Shown: positions 10,126 through 19,800 of the stretch, piece by piece | How positions within the stretch are numbered: the stretch's first letter is position 1 | How the letters are laid out: each line of letters starts with the position of its first letter | NCBI GenBank assembly: GCA_030602705.1 | Contig: JAUVZF010000006.1 | Coordinates: forward strand, 12,223 to 76,222 | Source of the DNA: Planctomycetota bacterium | Lineage (GTDB): Bacteria; Planctomycetota; Phycisphaerae; FEN-1346 | DNA length: 64,000 nt | Reading direction: 5' to 3' | Translations under genes and position numbers: made by a program | Notes under the pieces: model-generated | The model's input: the letters and a program-made list of their open reading frames with translations, nothing else | What the model was told of the DNA's origin: nothing | Database searches by the model: none

Positions 10126-11799
10126 ATGCCCGAACCCAAATTCGCTCTGGGAATCGATTTCGGGACCGAGTCGGCGCGGGCACTGCTCGTGAACGCCGCC
10201 GACGGCAGCGAAGTCGCCACGGCCGTCTATGAGTACTCCAGCGGCGTCATCACGGAGGCCCTGCCCGACGGGGGGACCCAACTGCCGGCCCACGACTGGG
10301 CCCTCCAGGACCCGGAGGACTACCTGCGCGCCCTCGAACAGACCGTCCCGGCGTGCCTGAAGGAGGCCGGCATCGACGGCGACCAGGTCATCGGCATCGG
10401 CACGGACTTCACGGCCTGCACGATGCTGCCGACTCTGGCCGACGGCACGCCGCTCTGCATGACCGATGCGTTCCGCGCCGAGCCCAACGCCTGGGTCAAA
10501 CTGTGGAAACATCACGCCGCCCAGCCCGAGGCTGACCGCGTCAACGAGACCGCCAGAAAGATGGGCGAAGCGTGGCTCGAGCGGTACGGCGGCAAGATCT
10601 CGAGTGAGTGGTTCTTCCCGAAGGCGCTCCAGATCCTCGACGAGGCCCCCGAGGTGTACCAGGCCGCCGACAGGCTCATCGAGGCGGCCGACTGGATCAT
10701 CTGGCAACTCTCGGGCAACGAGACACGCAACCTCTGCACCGCCGGGTACAAGGCCATCTGGTCGAAGCGAGACGGGTTCCCGCGGAAGGCTTTTCTAGAG
10801 GCCCTCCATCCGGACTTCGCCGAGGTGATCGATGAGAAGATGTCGCGCAGCATCCTCGCCCTGGGCGGCCGCGCGGGCGGACTGACCGAGGAGATGGCCG
10901 ACCGCCTCGGCCTCTCGCCAAACACGGCCGTCGCCGCCGGGAACGTGGACGCCCACGTGGCCGTTCCCGCCTGCACCGTCACGGGGCCGGGCAAGATGGT
11001 CATGATCATGGGCACGAGCATCTGTCATATGGTCTGCGGCACCCAGGAGAAACACGTGCCGGGCCAGTGCGGCGTGGTCGAGGACGGCATTCTGCCGGGC
11101 CTGTACGGTTTCGAGGCGGGGCAATCGGCCGTCGGCGACATATTCGCGTGGTTCGTCCGCACCTCGGTCCCCGCCGCCTACGAGGCCGAGGCCGAAAAGC
11201 GGAACATCAGCGTTCACGAACTCCTGACGCAGCGCGCCGCCGCCTACAGGCCCGCCGAGACCGGCCTCTTGGCGCTCGACTGGTGGAACGGCAACCGCAG
11301 CGTCCTCGTGGATGCCGACCTGACGGGGCTCATGCTCGGCATGCATCTCGGAACGAAGCCCGAGGAGATGTACCGTGCAATCATCGAGGCGACGGCCTTC
11401 GGCACGTACAAGATCATCCGCACGTTCGAGTCTTGCGGCGTGGCGGTCGAGGAGATTTACTGCTGCGGCGGCCTGCCGGAGCGGAACGACCTCCTGATGC
11501 AGATCTACTCCGACGTGACCGGCCGCGAGTTCAAGATCGCCCGAAGCGCCCAGACCTGCGCCCTCGGAAGCGCCATGCACGGGGCCGTTGCGGCAGGCAA
11601 AGATGCCGGCGGGTACGACACCATTGAAGAAGCCGCCGCACGGATGGCAGGCATCCGCGACAAAACGTACAAGCCCGACGCGGCGGCCCACGAGGTGTAC
11701 GAGAAGATCTACGCCGAGTACGACGCGCTGCACGAGTACTTTGGCCGCGGCGCGGGCGGTGCCATGAAACGCCTCAAGGCGATGAAGGGGGTCGGGTAA
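10126..11799 (+). CDS. araB: Ribulokinase (FGGY carbohydrate kinase family)
   Basis: ~558 aa. N-terminal GIDFGTESARA and FGGY-family architecture. Length and motifs match L-ribulokinase. GGAGG RBS before ATG at 10126. Confidence 0.8.
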   Translation: MPEPKFALGIDFGTESARALLVNAADGSEVATAVYEYSSGVITEALPDGGTQLPAHDWALQDPEDYLRALEQTVPACLKEAGIDGDQVIGIGTDFTACTMLPTLADGTPLCMTDAFRAEPNAWVKLWKHHAAQPEADRVNETARKMGEAWLERYGGKISSEWFFPKALQILDEAPEVYQAADRLIEAADWIIWQLSGNETRNLCTAGYKAIWSKRDGFPRKAFLEALHPDFAEVIDEKMSRSILALGGRAGGLTEEMADRLGLSPNTAVAAGNVDAHVAVPACTVTGPGKMVMIMGTSICHMVCGTQEKHVPGQCGVVEDGILPGLYGFEAGQSAVGDIFAWFVRTSVPAAYEAEAEKRNISVHELLTQRAAAYRPAETGLLALDWWNGNRSVLVDADLTGLMLGMHLGTKPEEMYRAIIEATAFGTYKIIRTFESCGVAVEEIYCCGGLPERNDLLMQIYSDVTGREFKIARSAQTCALGSAMHGAVAAGKDAGGYDTIEEAAARMAGIRDKTYKPDAAAHEVYEKIYAEYDALHEYFGRGAGGAMKRLKAMKGVG

Positions 11800-11851
11800 C
11801 ACCACGCCGGCGCCGGAAGTCGGACCGGCCGCACACAAGCAGGGGTATTGG

Positions 11852-12493
11852 ATGTTTTTCGACAGGGATTACTTCGAGGGCAGGACGTCGTACTTCTACC
11901 GGTTCGGCGGGTACCGCGACGTCGGCTCGTACTTCGACCGGCTGGCCGGCTGGTTCCAGCCACATGCGGGCGACGGTGCGGTGCTCGACCTCGGGTGTGC
12001 CTACGGGTTTCTGCTGTCGCGTTTCGACGACGGGCGTCCGATCTGCGGCTGCGACGTGTCGGAGTGGGCCATGCGCGAGGCCCGGAGCCGGTTTCCACGA
12101 GGCGAGTTCATGGTCATCGACGGCAGCGGCGCCCTGCCTTACGAGGACGAGCGGTTCACCGCCGTGCTGTGCACCGACGTCCTGGAGCACATCGCGCCCG
12201 AGCGGCATGGACGAGTCCTGGCGGAGGTGTCGCGCGTCCTGGTCGCGGGCGGCCAGTTCTGCATAACCACGCCCAATCTGGGCCGCATCCGACGTTGGCT
12301 CTACGCCAAGGCCGACCGCGTCGAACGGCACACCGGCATGCGCCACGTCAACGAGTGGAAAGAGAAACTGCGCCGACACGACTTTGAGATCATCGATCGA
12401 TGGACGTACCTCAATGGGTTCCTTCCCGGCCGACTGCGCAGCACGTGGCTGCCCGAATGCGCCCTCGTGGCCCGAAAAGCCGCCGGCGCGTGA
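11852..12493 (+). CDS. Class I SAM-dependent methyltransferase
   Basis: Motif I-like VLDLGCAYGFLL and a Methyltransf_11-type fold pattern. 213 aa. Confidence 0.7.
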   Translation: MFFDRDYFEGRTSYFYRFGGYRDVGSYFDRLAGWFQPHAGDGAVLDLGCAYGFLLSRFDDGRPICGCDVSEWAMREARSRFPRGEFMVIDGSGALPYEDERFTAVLCTDVLEHIAPERHGRVLAEVSRVLVAGGQFCITTPNLGRIRRWLYAKADRVERHTGMRHVNEWKEKLRRHDFEIIDRWTYLNGFLPGRLRSTWLPECALVARKAAGA

Positions 12494-12544
12494 CCGTCGC
12501 CGCGCGCGATGCCCTCACGGCAACGGACGCCACCTACTTCTTCT

Positions 12545-12596
12545 ACGCCTCAAGGCGGCCGCCCTAGACACGAAACGCCTCAAGGCGCTGAAAGGA
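12545..12596. repeat. Imperfect direct repeats copying the 3' end of araB (cgcctcaaggcg core, three copies)
   Basis: araB 3' end (11765..11795) gaaacgcctcaaggcgatgaagggggtcggg recurs as gaaacgcctcaaggcgctgaaaggaggtcgag at about 12565..12595. A third cgcctcaaggcg core lies at about 12545. Confidence 0.6.
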
Positions 12597-12630
12597 GGTC
12601 GAGCAGCCGGAACCGACACCAGGCGCCTGC

Positions 12631-12665
12631 AATCTGAGATGTGAGATCTCAAATCTCAGATGTCC
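12631..12665. repeat. Near-perfect 12-bp-arm palindrome centred on AGATCT (ctgagatGtgag/atct/ctcaAatctcag)
   Basis: Seen directly. It overlaps the stop of the four-helix-bundle gene. Confidence 0.7.
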
Positions 12666-13173
12666 CGCCGCCCCCTCCTGCCTCGGCTTTCACCTTGCGG
12701 CCTTCTTCCACCATCCGGTCGAGTTTGGCGGTAAAGGCTTCGGCGTGTTTCTGCTGCTCGGCCGCGCGGCGGGTCCGGTCCGTGAGGTAGCGCCGGCCGG
12801 GGATGTCGGAGTTCTGGAGCGAGTCTGCCCAGGCGCGCAGTTGGCGCGAGACGGATTCGGCCTGCGATTTGAAATCTGCGATTTCAGATCTCAAATGGGC
12901 AAAGTCCCCCAGCCGCTCCATCAGCAGAAGCATCGAGCGCACCTCGCCTGCCGACCCGCGCGCGATGTAGAGGAACGTCAGGAGTTCCCGCGTCGTCCCC
13001 CGCTCGAAGCCTTCGGCGACGTTGTTCGAAACCGAAATCGCCGCACGCTGCAGTTGGCTTCGAAGATCTCCCTTGCGGCCGAACGCCTTGTCCTCGGTAA
13101 CCGAGAAGATACGCTCGCACAGCGTCATGGCCGCCTGCCAGACCGGAAGGTCTTCGAACCGCTTGTATTTCAT
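12649..13173 (-). CDS. Four-helix-bundle protein (23S rRNA intervening-sequence protein / Avd-like family) with C-terminal extension
   Basis: N-terminal ~115 aa match TIGR02436-type four-helix-bundle proteins (FEDLPVWQ...LCERIF...AISVSNNVAEGFERGT...FLYIARGSAGEVRSML). Lower GC than its surroundings. AAAGGA RBS before ATG at 13173. Confidence 0.7.
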   Translation of the reverse strand: MKYKRFEDLPVWQAAMTLCERIFSVTEDKAFGRKGDLRSQLQRAAISVSNNVAEGFERGTTRELLTFLYIARGSAGEVRSMLLLMERLGDFAHLRSEIADFKSQAESVSRQLRAWADSLQNSDIPGRRYLTDRTRRAAEQQKHAEAFTAKLDRMVEEGRKVKAEAGGGGGTSEI

Positions 13174-13198
13174 TGCAGATCCTTTCGGTCATGCGGCA

Positions 13199-13300
13199 TC
13201 TCGAATCTAAAATTTCAGATCTCAAATCGCAGATGCCACATCTCAAATCTGAAATCTAAAATTTCAGATCCCAAATCTAAAACTGCTGGCCTTTCGCAGG
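13199..13300. repeat. AT-rich direct/inverted repeat cluster (gaatctaaaatttcagatc x2 plus related atctcaaatc units) in the promoter region of the four-helix-bundle gene
   Basis: An 18-24-nt direct repeat occurs twice about 50 nt apart. Related units at 12871..12905 sit inside the gene, encoding ...SEIADFKSQ. Confidence 0.7.
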
Positions 13301-13619
13301 TTTTCAGGGTACTGCGGGTAGGTGGAGGAAACAAGGAAGATGAAAGCGAGCCAGCCCGTCCTGCCGTTGGCTCGCGGCTCGCAGCAGCGCGCCTGGCTGC
13401 GGCAATGCCAAATGCCAAACGTTAAATGCCGATTGACGCTCCGCGTAGCGGCGCATTGGCCCATTGCAGGCCCTGGTTCGGCGCTGGCGTCGCCGATTTT
13501 GTGCTTGCCCGGTCGGCATATCTATGGTGGAGTGTGGATGGCAAGAATCCAATGGGTTCGGAGTACTCATCCTATGCCTTTTGGGGACACAACGTTCAGT
13601 GGCAAAAAGAGGGCGACAA

Positions 13620-13874
13620 ATGACAGTTGAAAAATTTGAAGAGAAAGTATGGGGGCTCGAGGGCATCCGTGTCATCGTCCGCGCGTCCACCAGTGATACT
13701 GTGAAAGACTACAACTACCGGAGGAGGGCGCAGGGAACTTGGCGCATTACACAACTACTTAAGAAAAGAATCAATTCCAAGGTCGGGAAGAAGAAGGTTG
13801 TGGTAATTGAGGGCAACGGAGAAGAGCCACACGGTAGGACACTTCTTCGGACCTTGCGAAAATCTTACAAATGA
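13620..13874 (+). CDS. Small basic hypothetical protein (84 aa), low-GC
   Basis: ATG at 13620 with GAGGG RBS. ~48% GC versus ~66% in flanking DNA. Lys/Arg-rich (KKRINSKVGKKKVVV). No recognisable family. The track ORF 13464..13874 includes a non-coding prefix. Confidence 0.5.
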   Translation: MTVEKFEEKVWGLEGIRVIVRASTSDTVKDYNYRRRAQGTWRITQLLKKRINSKVGKKKVVVIEGNGEEPHGRTLLRTLRKSYK

Positions 13875-14084
13875 GGTTCGTTCCCAGTCGTAGGTGCGCG
13901 CTGGACTCAGTTGGCTGATGCGGTTGATTGTCGTCCTGCCCCTCGAGGACCCACTGTATAACTGGTGCGAGGGCCGGTCTCATTTGTGGGTTCACTCGAC
14001 AGTCCGCCCATGCGGGCTTGCTTCGCGAAGCGGGTACAGCCGTAAGCTTGATGCCGGCCGCCCCTCCGGGCTTCTGCGAAACGT

Positions 14085-14615
14085 TCACCCAAGCGGCCCG
14101 AACTGATCGCGGATGAAGTCCAGGTACCCGCGCGGTCCGTCGGCCCGGGAATGCCGCCGGACCGACTTGTCGATCTTCCGCAGCGCCCACCGTACCTCCT
14201 GCCGCGAGTAATCGTTCAGGCTCAGCAGCAGTCGCAGATCGAGTTGAAGATGCCGGCACAGGGCGTCGTCGCCCGGGTCGCACCCCGGCTGAAGGATCAA
14301 ACGCGACAGAGCCAGCGAAACCCGACCGTCCGTCAGGTCCGGGTCCTGCTCGTAGTGCTCCACAATGCTCTCTTCGATGCGGAGCAACAGGGGCATGAAC
14401 CGCTCGTCTTGCGGGTCCACCGATGACACGCCGTGTCCCTTGCCGAACAACTCCGGGAGCGGTTTCAACACGTGGCGCCTGAGACCTTCGGACGTCTCGA
14501 TCTCGATCTCGCCCCTCTCCGGATCGACAATCCGGAATAAGGCCTTCGGCCGTTCGCCTTCCGCGCCATACTTGCGCGCGGCCGCATCCATAATGTCCGT
14601 GAGGAATTGGTCCAC
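14085..14615 (-). CDS. Hypothetical protein
   Basis: Coding-like composition. Probable GTG start at 14615 with a GGAGG RBS 6 nt upstream. The track's TTG at 14630 lacks an RBS. Confidence 0.55.
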   Translation of the reverse strand: MDQFLTDIMDAAARKYGAEGERPKALFRIVDPERGEIEIETSEGLRRHVLKPLPELFGKGHGVSSVDPQDERFMPLLLRIEESIVEHYEQDPDLTDGRVSLALSRLILQPGCDPGDDALCRHLQLDLRLLLSLNDYSRQEVRWALRKIDKSVRRHSRADGPRGYLDFIRDQFGPLG

Positions 14616-14665
14616 GTGGCGCCTCCGCAACGGTTGGCCGGCTTCCGAGACGGCCGAACCACGCC

Positions 14666-15349
14666 TCAGATTTCAGGTTCTGCTTCACCTCGAGGTTTCA
14701 CGAAGTCCACCACCGCCAGCACCAGCCCCAGCCCAACCAGCAGCAGACCGTTCGACGCGAGGAGCCACCGCGTACCCATCCAGGCGATCAGGTAGAACGC
14801 CGTGCCGAGCGTCCCGAAGATCGACCCGACGGTCGAGGCGCCGTACAGGTGCCCCACGCCGGTCCCCACTTTCCCCAGGGCGTGGATGAACAGCCGCGCG
14901 GTGTACGGCGTCACCGTGCCGAGCAACAGCGCCGGCAGGCCGAACAGGATGATCCCCGCGCCCAGGGTGGGCCACCTCAGGTCGGGCGGCTGATAGACGA
15001 TGAGTTCCTGCGAGTCGCCTCCGGCGTTCCACTCGGCCGGCAGCGGCGCACCTTCGCCCGGAAACATCCAGTCCAGGACCGCGTCGCAGTACAGCGGCAG
15101 TGCCAGCGTTACGACCCCCGCGATGGCCAGGATCGCCCCCAGTCTCCAGAGCCTTGGCCCACGGTCGGCCAGGCGCCCGCCCAGGACCGCCCCTACCGCC
15201 AGGCCGCCGAGAAAGACACTGATCAGGCTCCCCCACACGATGATGTCGCTGCCGAACTCCGGCTGGACGAGACGAAAACTCGCCATCTCCAGGCTCATCA
15301 ACGACCCGCCCGCCAGAAACACCGTGATCAGCAAACCCGCCCGCATCAT
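14666..15349 (-). CDS. Polytopic membrane protein (spermidine-synthase-associated membrane domain-like)
   Basis: About 6-7 hydrophobic helices. Sits downstream of the SpeE-like gene in the same orientation. Confidence 0.6.
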   Translation of the reverse strand: MMRAGLLITVFLAGGSLMSLEMASFRLVQPEFGSDIIVWGSLISVFLGGLAVGAVLGGRLADRGPRLWRLGAILAIAGVVTLALPLYCDAVLDWMFPGEGAPLPAEWNAGGDSQELIVYQPPDLRWPTLGAGIILFGLPALLLGTVTPYTARLFIHALGKVGTGVGHLYGASTVGSIFGTLGTAFYLIAWMGTRWLLASNGLLLVGLGLVLAVVDFVKPRGEAEPEI

Positions 15350-15451
15350 CGCCCCCGTTCCCCGTTTTCCGTTCGCTGCCGTCAGCGCGCTCCCCTTTGG
15401 GTCGCGGCTAAAAGGGCTTTGTCCGCCGAAGCCGCCCCTATTCCCCGCTCC

Positions 15452-16396
15452 CTATTTCCCAATCCTTGCCTTCGGGCGCTCGTGCCGCAACGTGTCCACC
15501 GGGGCCATGTCGTCGGTGAGCGGCTTCTCGTCGATCTTGCAGTCCGTCAGGACCTCGTACTCGTCGGCGATGAGCCCGGGTAGATCGAACTTAAGGTCGC
15601 GCTCGCCGACCAGCACCTTTGCCCGGGCGACCCACGCTGCCTCGGACGTCGGGCTCGCATTGAGCGTCGCGAAGACGAGGATGTTGCCCGACGTCCCCGC
15701 CTTGAACAGGTACGTCTGCGGGAACGCCGTCTGGAACGTCTTCCGTTCGGCGTCGTAGAACCGGTTGACGACGGGCTCCCACAGGTTCGACGCCACGATG
15801 CCGCCGGCTTTCAAACGCGACCGCACCAGGCGCACGAACTCCAGCGTCGTCAGGTGAAACGGTATCCGGTCGGCCGCGTAGGCGTCCAGGAGGATCACGT
15901 CGTAGGCCTTGCTGCTTCGCTTCAGGTACATCCGCCCGTCCATGACGATGATCCGCAGGCCCGGTGCGCCCTTGAAGTGGAACCATTCCCGGCACACCTT
16001 GACGACGTCCGGGTCGATCTCGACCACGTCCAGTCGGATCTCGGGCCAATGCTTGGTGATGAACTTCGGGATCGACGCCCCGCCCAGACCCACCAGCAGC
16101 ACGTCCTTCGGCGCCGCGTGCAGCGCCAGCGCCGCCATCATCGTCCGCGAGTATCGAAGGTCCAGTTTGTACGGGTCGTCCAGAAACATGCTCGATTGAA
16201 CGCCTCGCGACTTCGAGAAATGCAGGCACCGGCGGCCCTCGTCCAGGTAATCGACCACGCGGACGCGGTAGTACCGCGACTCGCGATCATAGCGGACCTT
16301 CTCCCTTTTGGAGGCGCTCTGGGCCCCCACCCAGACGGCCACGCCGCCCAGCACCAGCCCGACCGCGACGGCGGCAAGTACGACGGTTCGTTTCAT
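15452..16396 (-). CDS. Spermidine synthase-like aminopropyltransferase family protein with N-terminal TM anchor
   Basis: N-terminal TM helix. SpeE-like Rossmann motifs (VLLVGLGGASIP...VILLDAY). Confidence 0.65.
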   Translation of the reverse strand: MKRTVVLAAVAVGLVLGGVAVWVGAQSASKREKVRYDRESRYYRVRVVDYLDEGRRCLHFSKSRGVQSSMFLDDPYKLDLRYSRTMMAALALHAAPKDVLLVGLGGASIPKFITKHWPEIRLDVVEIDPDVVKVCREWFHFKGAPGLRIIVMDGRMYLKRSSKAYDVILLDAYAADRIPFHLTTLEFVRLVRSRLKAGGIVASNLWEPVVNRFYDAERKTFQTAFPQTYLFKAGTSGNILVFATLNASPTSEAAWVARAKVLVGERDLKFDLPGLIADEYEVLTDCKIDEKPLTDDMAPVDTLRHERPKARIGK

Positions 16397-16626
16397 GACC
16401 CGCTTCTCAGTCGTAGGGTGGTCGCCCAGGCAACCACGCGGATTCCCGCCAGAAGGTTAGCGACCCCGCGGCCGCTTCGCTAGTGCAATCTCAGCGGTTG
16501 GCGGCGGCTGGTCCGGGCGGGGTGCTGTGTGCGTCGACCAGGGCCAAAGGCCCTCCTGGCCTGCTGGGGGTCAAGGCCCTTTACGGGTCTTGATCCCGCG
16601 CGGCGGGCTCGTCGTCTCAAACCTTC

Positions 16627-16655
16627 GCCTCTTTACATGGTCGTACGGAACATGG
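16627..16655. repeat. Tandem 15-bp direct repeat ACATGGTCGTACGG(A) x2 upstream of cgs
   Basis: Seen directly at tacatggtcgtacggaacatggtcgtacggcc. Lies about 200 nt upstream of the cgs start. Candidate regulator-binding site. Confidence 0.5.
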
Positions 16656-16858
16656 TCGTACGGCCACACGCCCTTCAGGTTGCCGCGTCACGGATTTCCG
16701 ACGGAAACAGCCGCCGTTTCGCCGATGAACTAGTGCGGGAGGAGGTCGCCTGCTCTCCATGGAGTGGGGCTGCGCCTTGACACAGGGCGTCCTGTGAAGG
16801 GTAGAATGAGAAGAGAGCGGGTCCCTTCGATGTCCCGACCTCGGGGCGATCCGGCCCT

Positions 16859-19800
16859 GTGTCGAATGGCTGGGCACACCTGTTGCGATACACCGACGTC
16901 GGGGATTACGCGGACGCCAGAGACTATGGCACAAGGATTCGGCCAGTCAGAATGAGCCCGACCAGTTTTCTATCTGTGCTGAAGAGCCCGCCGCTCAGCC
17001 GCCTGTTCGGCCAGGGACCGCAGCGGGACGCGGAAGCGGAGTATCCGCTGCGGGCGGAACTGTTCGCGCTGACCCAACTCGAGAGCCACGGCAAGATGCT
17101 GGCCGCCGACCAGCAGATCGACCCGAACCCCGGGCCGGAAGTGCTGCTGGAGCGTCTCAAGGAAAACGAGCGGGTCATCCGGGAGTCGTACGATGTTGTG
17201 GCCGAAGCGGTCCGAAAAGGCCGCCAGACCGCGCCGGGCGCCGACTGGCTTCTCGACAACTACTACCTGATCGAAGAGCAGATCGACATTGCCCGCGAGC
17301 ATCTGCCGCCCGGCTACAGCCGCCAGTTGCCGCGCCTGCGCACGGGGTCCCTCAGGGGTTTCCCGCGCGCCTACGAGTTGGCGCTGGAACTGGTGTCGCA
17401 CACCGACGGGCGGATCGACATGGAGAACCTCTCGCGTTTCGTGCGGGGGGGCCAGACGGTCCAGGCGCTGACGCTGGGCGAACTGTGGGCCGTGCCGATC
17501 ATGCTGCGGCTGGCGTTGCTGGAGAACCTGCGGCGGGTGTCGTATCGTGTGGCGTCGCGGCGGCGGGATCGCGACCGCGCCCTGGTGTGGGTCCGACGGT
17601 TCCTCGAGGTGGTCCACTCGCAGCCCAATGCCCTGATTATGGAACTGGCGGACTTCGTTCGTGCGTCGCCGACGATGTCGCAGGCGTTCATCGCCGAGTT
17701 GTGCACCGGCCTGCAGGGTCAGCACCCGGCTCTGTCGTTGGTGAACAGTTGGATCGAGCAGGACCTGGCCGAGCACGGCCAGACGATGGACCAGATTCTG
17801 CGGGCCGAGAGCCACGACCAGGCCGCCGACCGTGTCTCGATCGCCAACAGCATCACGAGTTTGCGGACGCTGACGGCGCTGGACTGGCACGAGTTTGTCG
17901 AAGACCTGAGCGAGACGGAGGCGGCGCTTCGGCGCGACCCGTCGGGCGTGTACGCGACGATGGATTTCGCCACCCGCGACACCTACCGCCACGTGGTCGA
18001 GGAGTTGGCCCGCTGGAGCGGACGGGCCGAGCACGAGGTGGCGGTGGCCGCCGTCCGCCTCGCCGAAGAGGCGGCGGCCGACCCGGACGCCGTCCCCCGC
18101 CACCGTCATGTCGGCTGGTTCCTCGTGCGGCCCGGCCGTCCCAAACTGGAACGTGCCGTCGGCTGTCGGCCGCCGATTCATCGGCGCGTCGGCCGGTGGA
18201 TCCGGCGCTGGATTCCCTGGGTCTACGTCCTGGGCGAGGCCGTGACGACCGCCGTCGTGACGGGCGCGTTGCTGCTCCTGACGAAGAGCCTGATCGTGTA
18301 CGGCTGGAGTTGGCTGGCGCCCGTCACGGTGGCGCTCCTGATGTTCGTCTCGCAAGCGACGATTTCGCTGATCAACTGGCTGGCGACGGTCCTGGTGCCG
18401 GCTCGCGGCCTGCCCCGTCTGGACCTCTCGAAGGGCATCCCGCGCGAACACACGACGGTGGTAGTGGTTCCGACGCTGTTGGCGTCGCGTGGGGCGGCGG
18501 ACTCGCTGGTCGAGGGTCTGGAGATCCGTTACCTGGCCAACCGCAGTCCCAACCTGTTGTTCGCGCTGCTCTCGGACTTCACCGACGCGCCCCAGGAGGC
18601 CATGCCTGCCGACGAGGCCTTCCTCCAGCGGGTGGCCGCCGGCATCCGCGAATTGAATGCCAAGTACGCCGAACCCGGCCAGCCGATCTTCTTCCTTCTG
18701 CACCGTCCGCGGTTGTGGAACCCGGCCGAGGGCGTCTGGATGGGCTACGAGCGGAAGCGCGGCAAACTGATGGAGTTCAACCGTGTGCTGCGCGGCGGAC
18801 CGACGGACGCCTTCACAACGGTTGTCGGCAACGTCGAGGTCCTCCGCACCGCCAGGTATGTCATCCCGCTCGACACCGACACGGAACTGCCGCCCGGGGC
18901 GGCCGTCAAGATGGTCGGCTCGATGGCCCATCCACTGAACCGGCCCGTCATGGATCCCGACACCGGCTGCGTGGCCGAAGGGTATGGCGTCCTGCAGCCT
19001 CGCGTCGCCGTCGGCCTGACCGGGGCCGGGCGGTCGCTCTTCGCACGTCTGTTTGCCGGAGAGGTTGGCATCGACCCGTACACGCGTGAAGTCTCGAACG
19101 TGTATCACGACCTGTTCGGCCGCGGCCAGTTCATCGGCAAAGGCATCTACGACCTCGAGGCGTTCGACAGGGCGGTCCATGACCGGTTCCCGGAGAACCG
19201 CATCCTCAGCCACGACCTCATCGAGGGCTGCCATGCCCAGTGCGGATTCCTCAACGACGTGGAACTCATCGAGGACTACCCGTCGCGGTACCTGGCCGAC
19301 GCCAAGCGCCGTCATCGCTGGGTCCGCGGCGACTGGCAGATCGCGCCGTGGCTCCTGCCGCGCGTCCCCACCCCCGCAGGCCGACGGGTCCGGAATCCCC
19401 TTCCCCGGCTTCACCGGTGGATGATCTTCGACAACCTGCGGCGGAGTCTGGTGCCGCCGGCTATGCTCGCCCTGCTGATCGCAGGGTGGCTGGCGCTGCC
19501 GGGCGTCCAGCCGGCCTGGACGCTCTGGCTGCTGGCGGTTTACTTCGTGGCCGACGTGGCGCGGACCTCGTGGGCCTTCATCGCCAAGCCGAGCAAGGTC
19601 CTGTGGGCGGCTCACATCCGCCGGGCCGCCATGGGCGCCGGCAGACAGTTCATCATCAGCGTGCTGCACCTCGGATTCCTGCCGTTCGAGGCGCTGATGC
19701 ACGTCGATGCCATTGGGCGTGTGGCCTGGCGAACGCTCATCAGCAAGCGGCACCTGCTGGAATGGCTGACCGCCCACGACGTCGAACGCGCTACGCGAAG

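Noticed and set aside
12600-13900. Diversity-generating retroelement (because of the Avd-like four-helix-bundle gene)
   Set aside because: No reverse transcriptase ORF and no TR/VR repeat pair anywhere nearby.
16776-16807. sigma70-like promoter TTGACA...TAGAAT upstream of cgs
   Set aside because: The spacer is about 20 nt, too long for a confident call.
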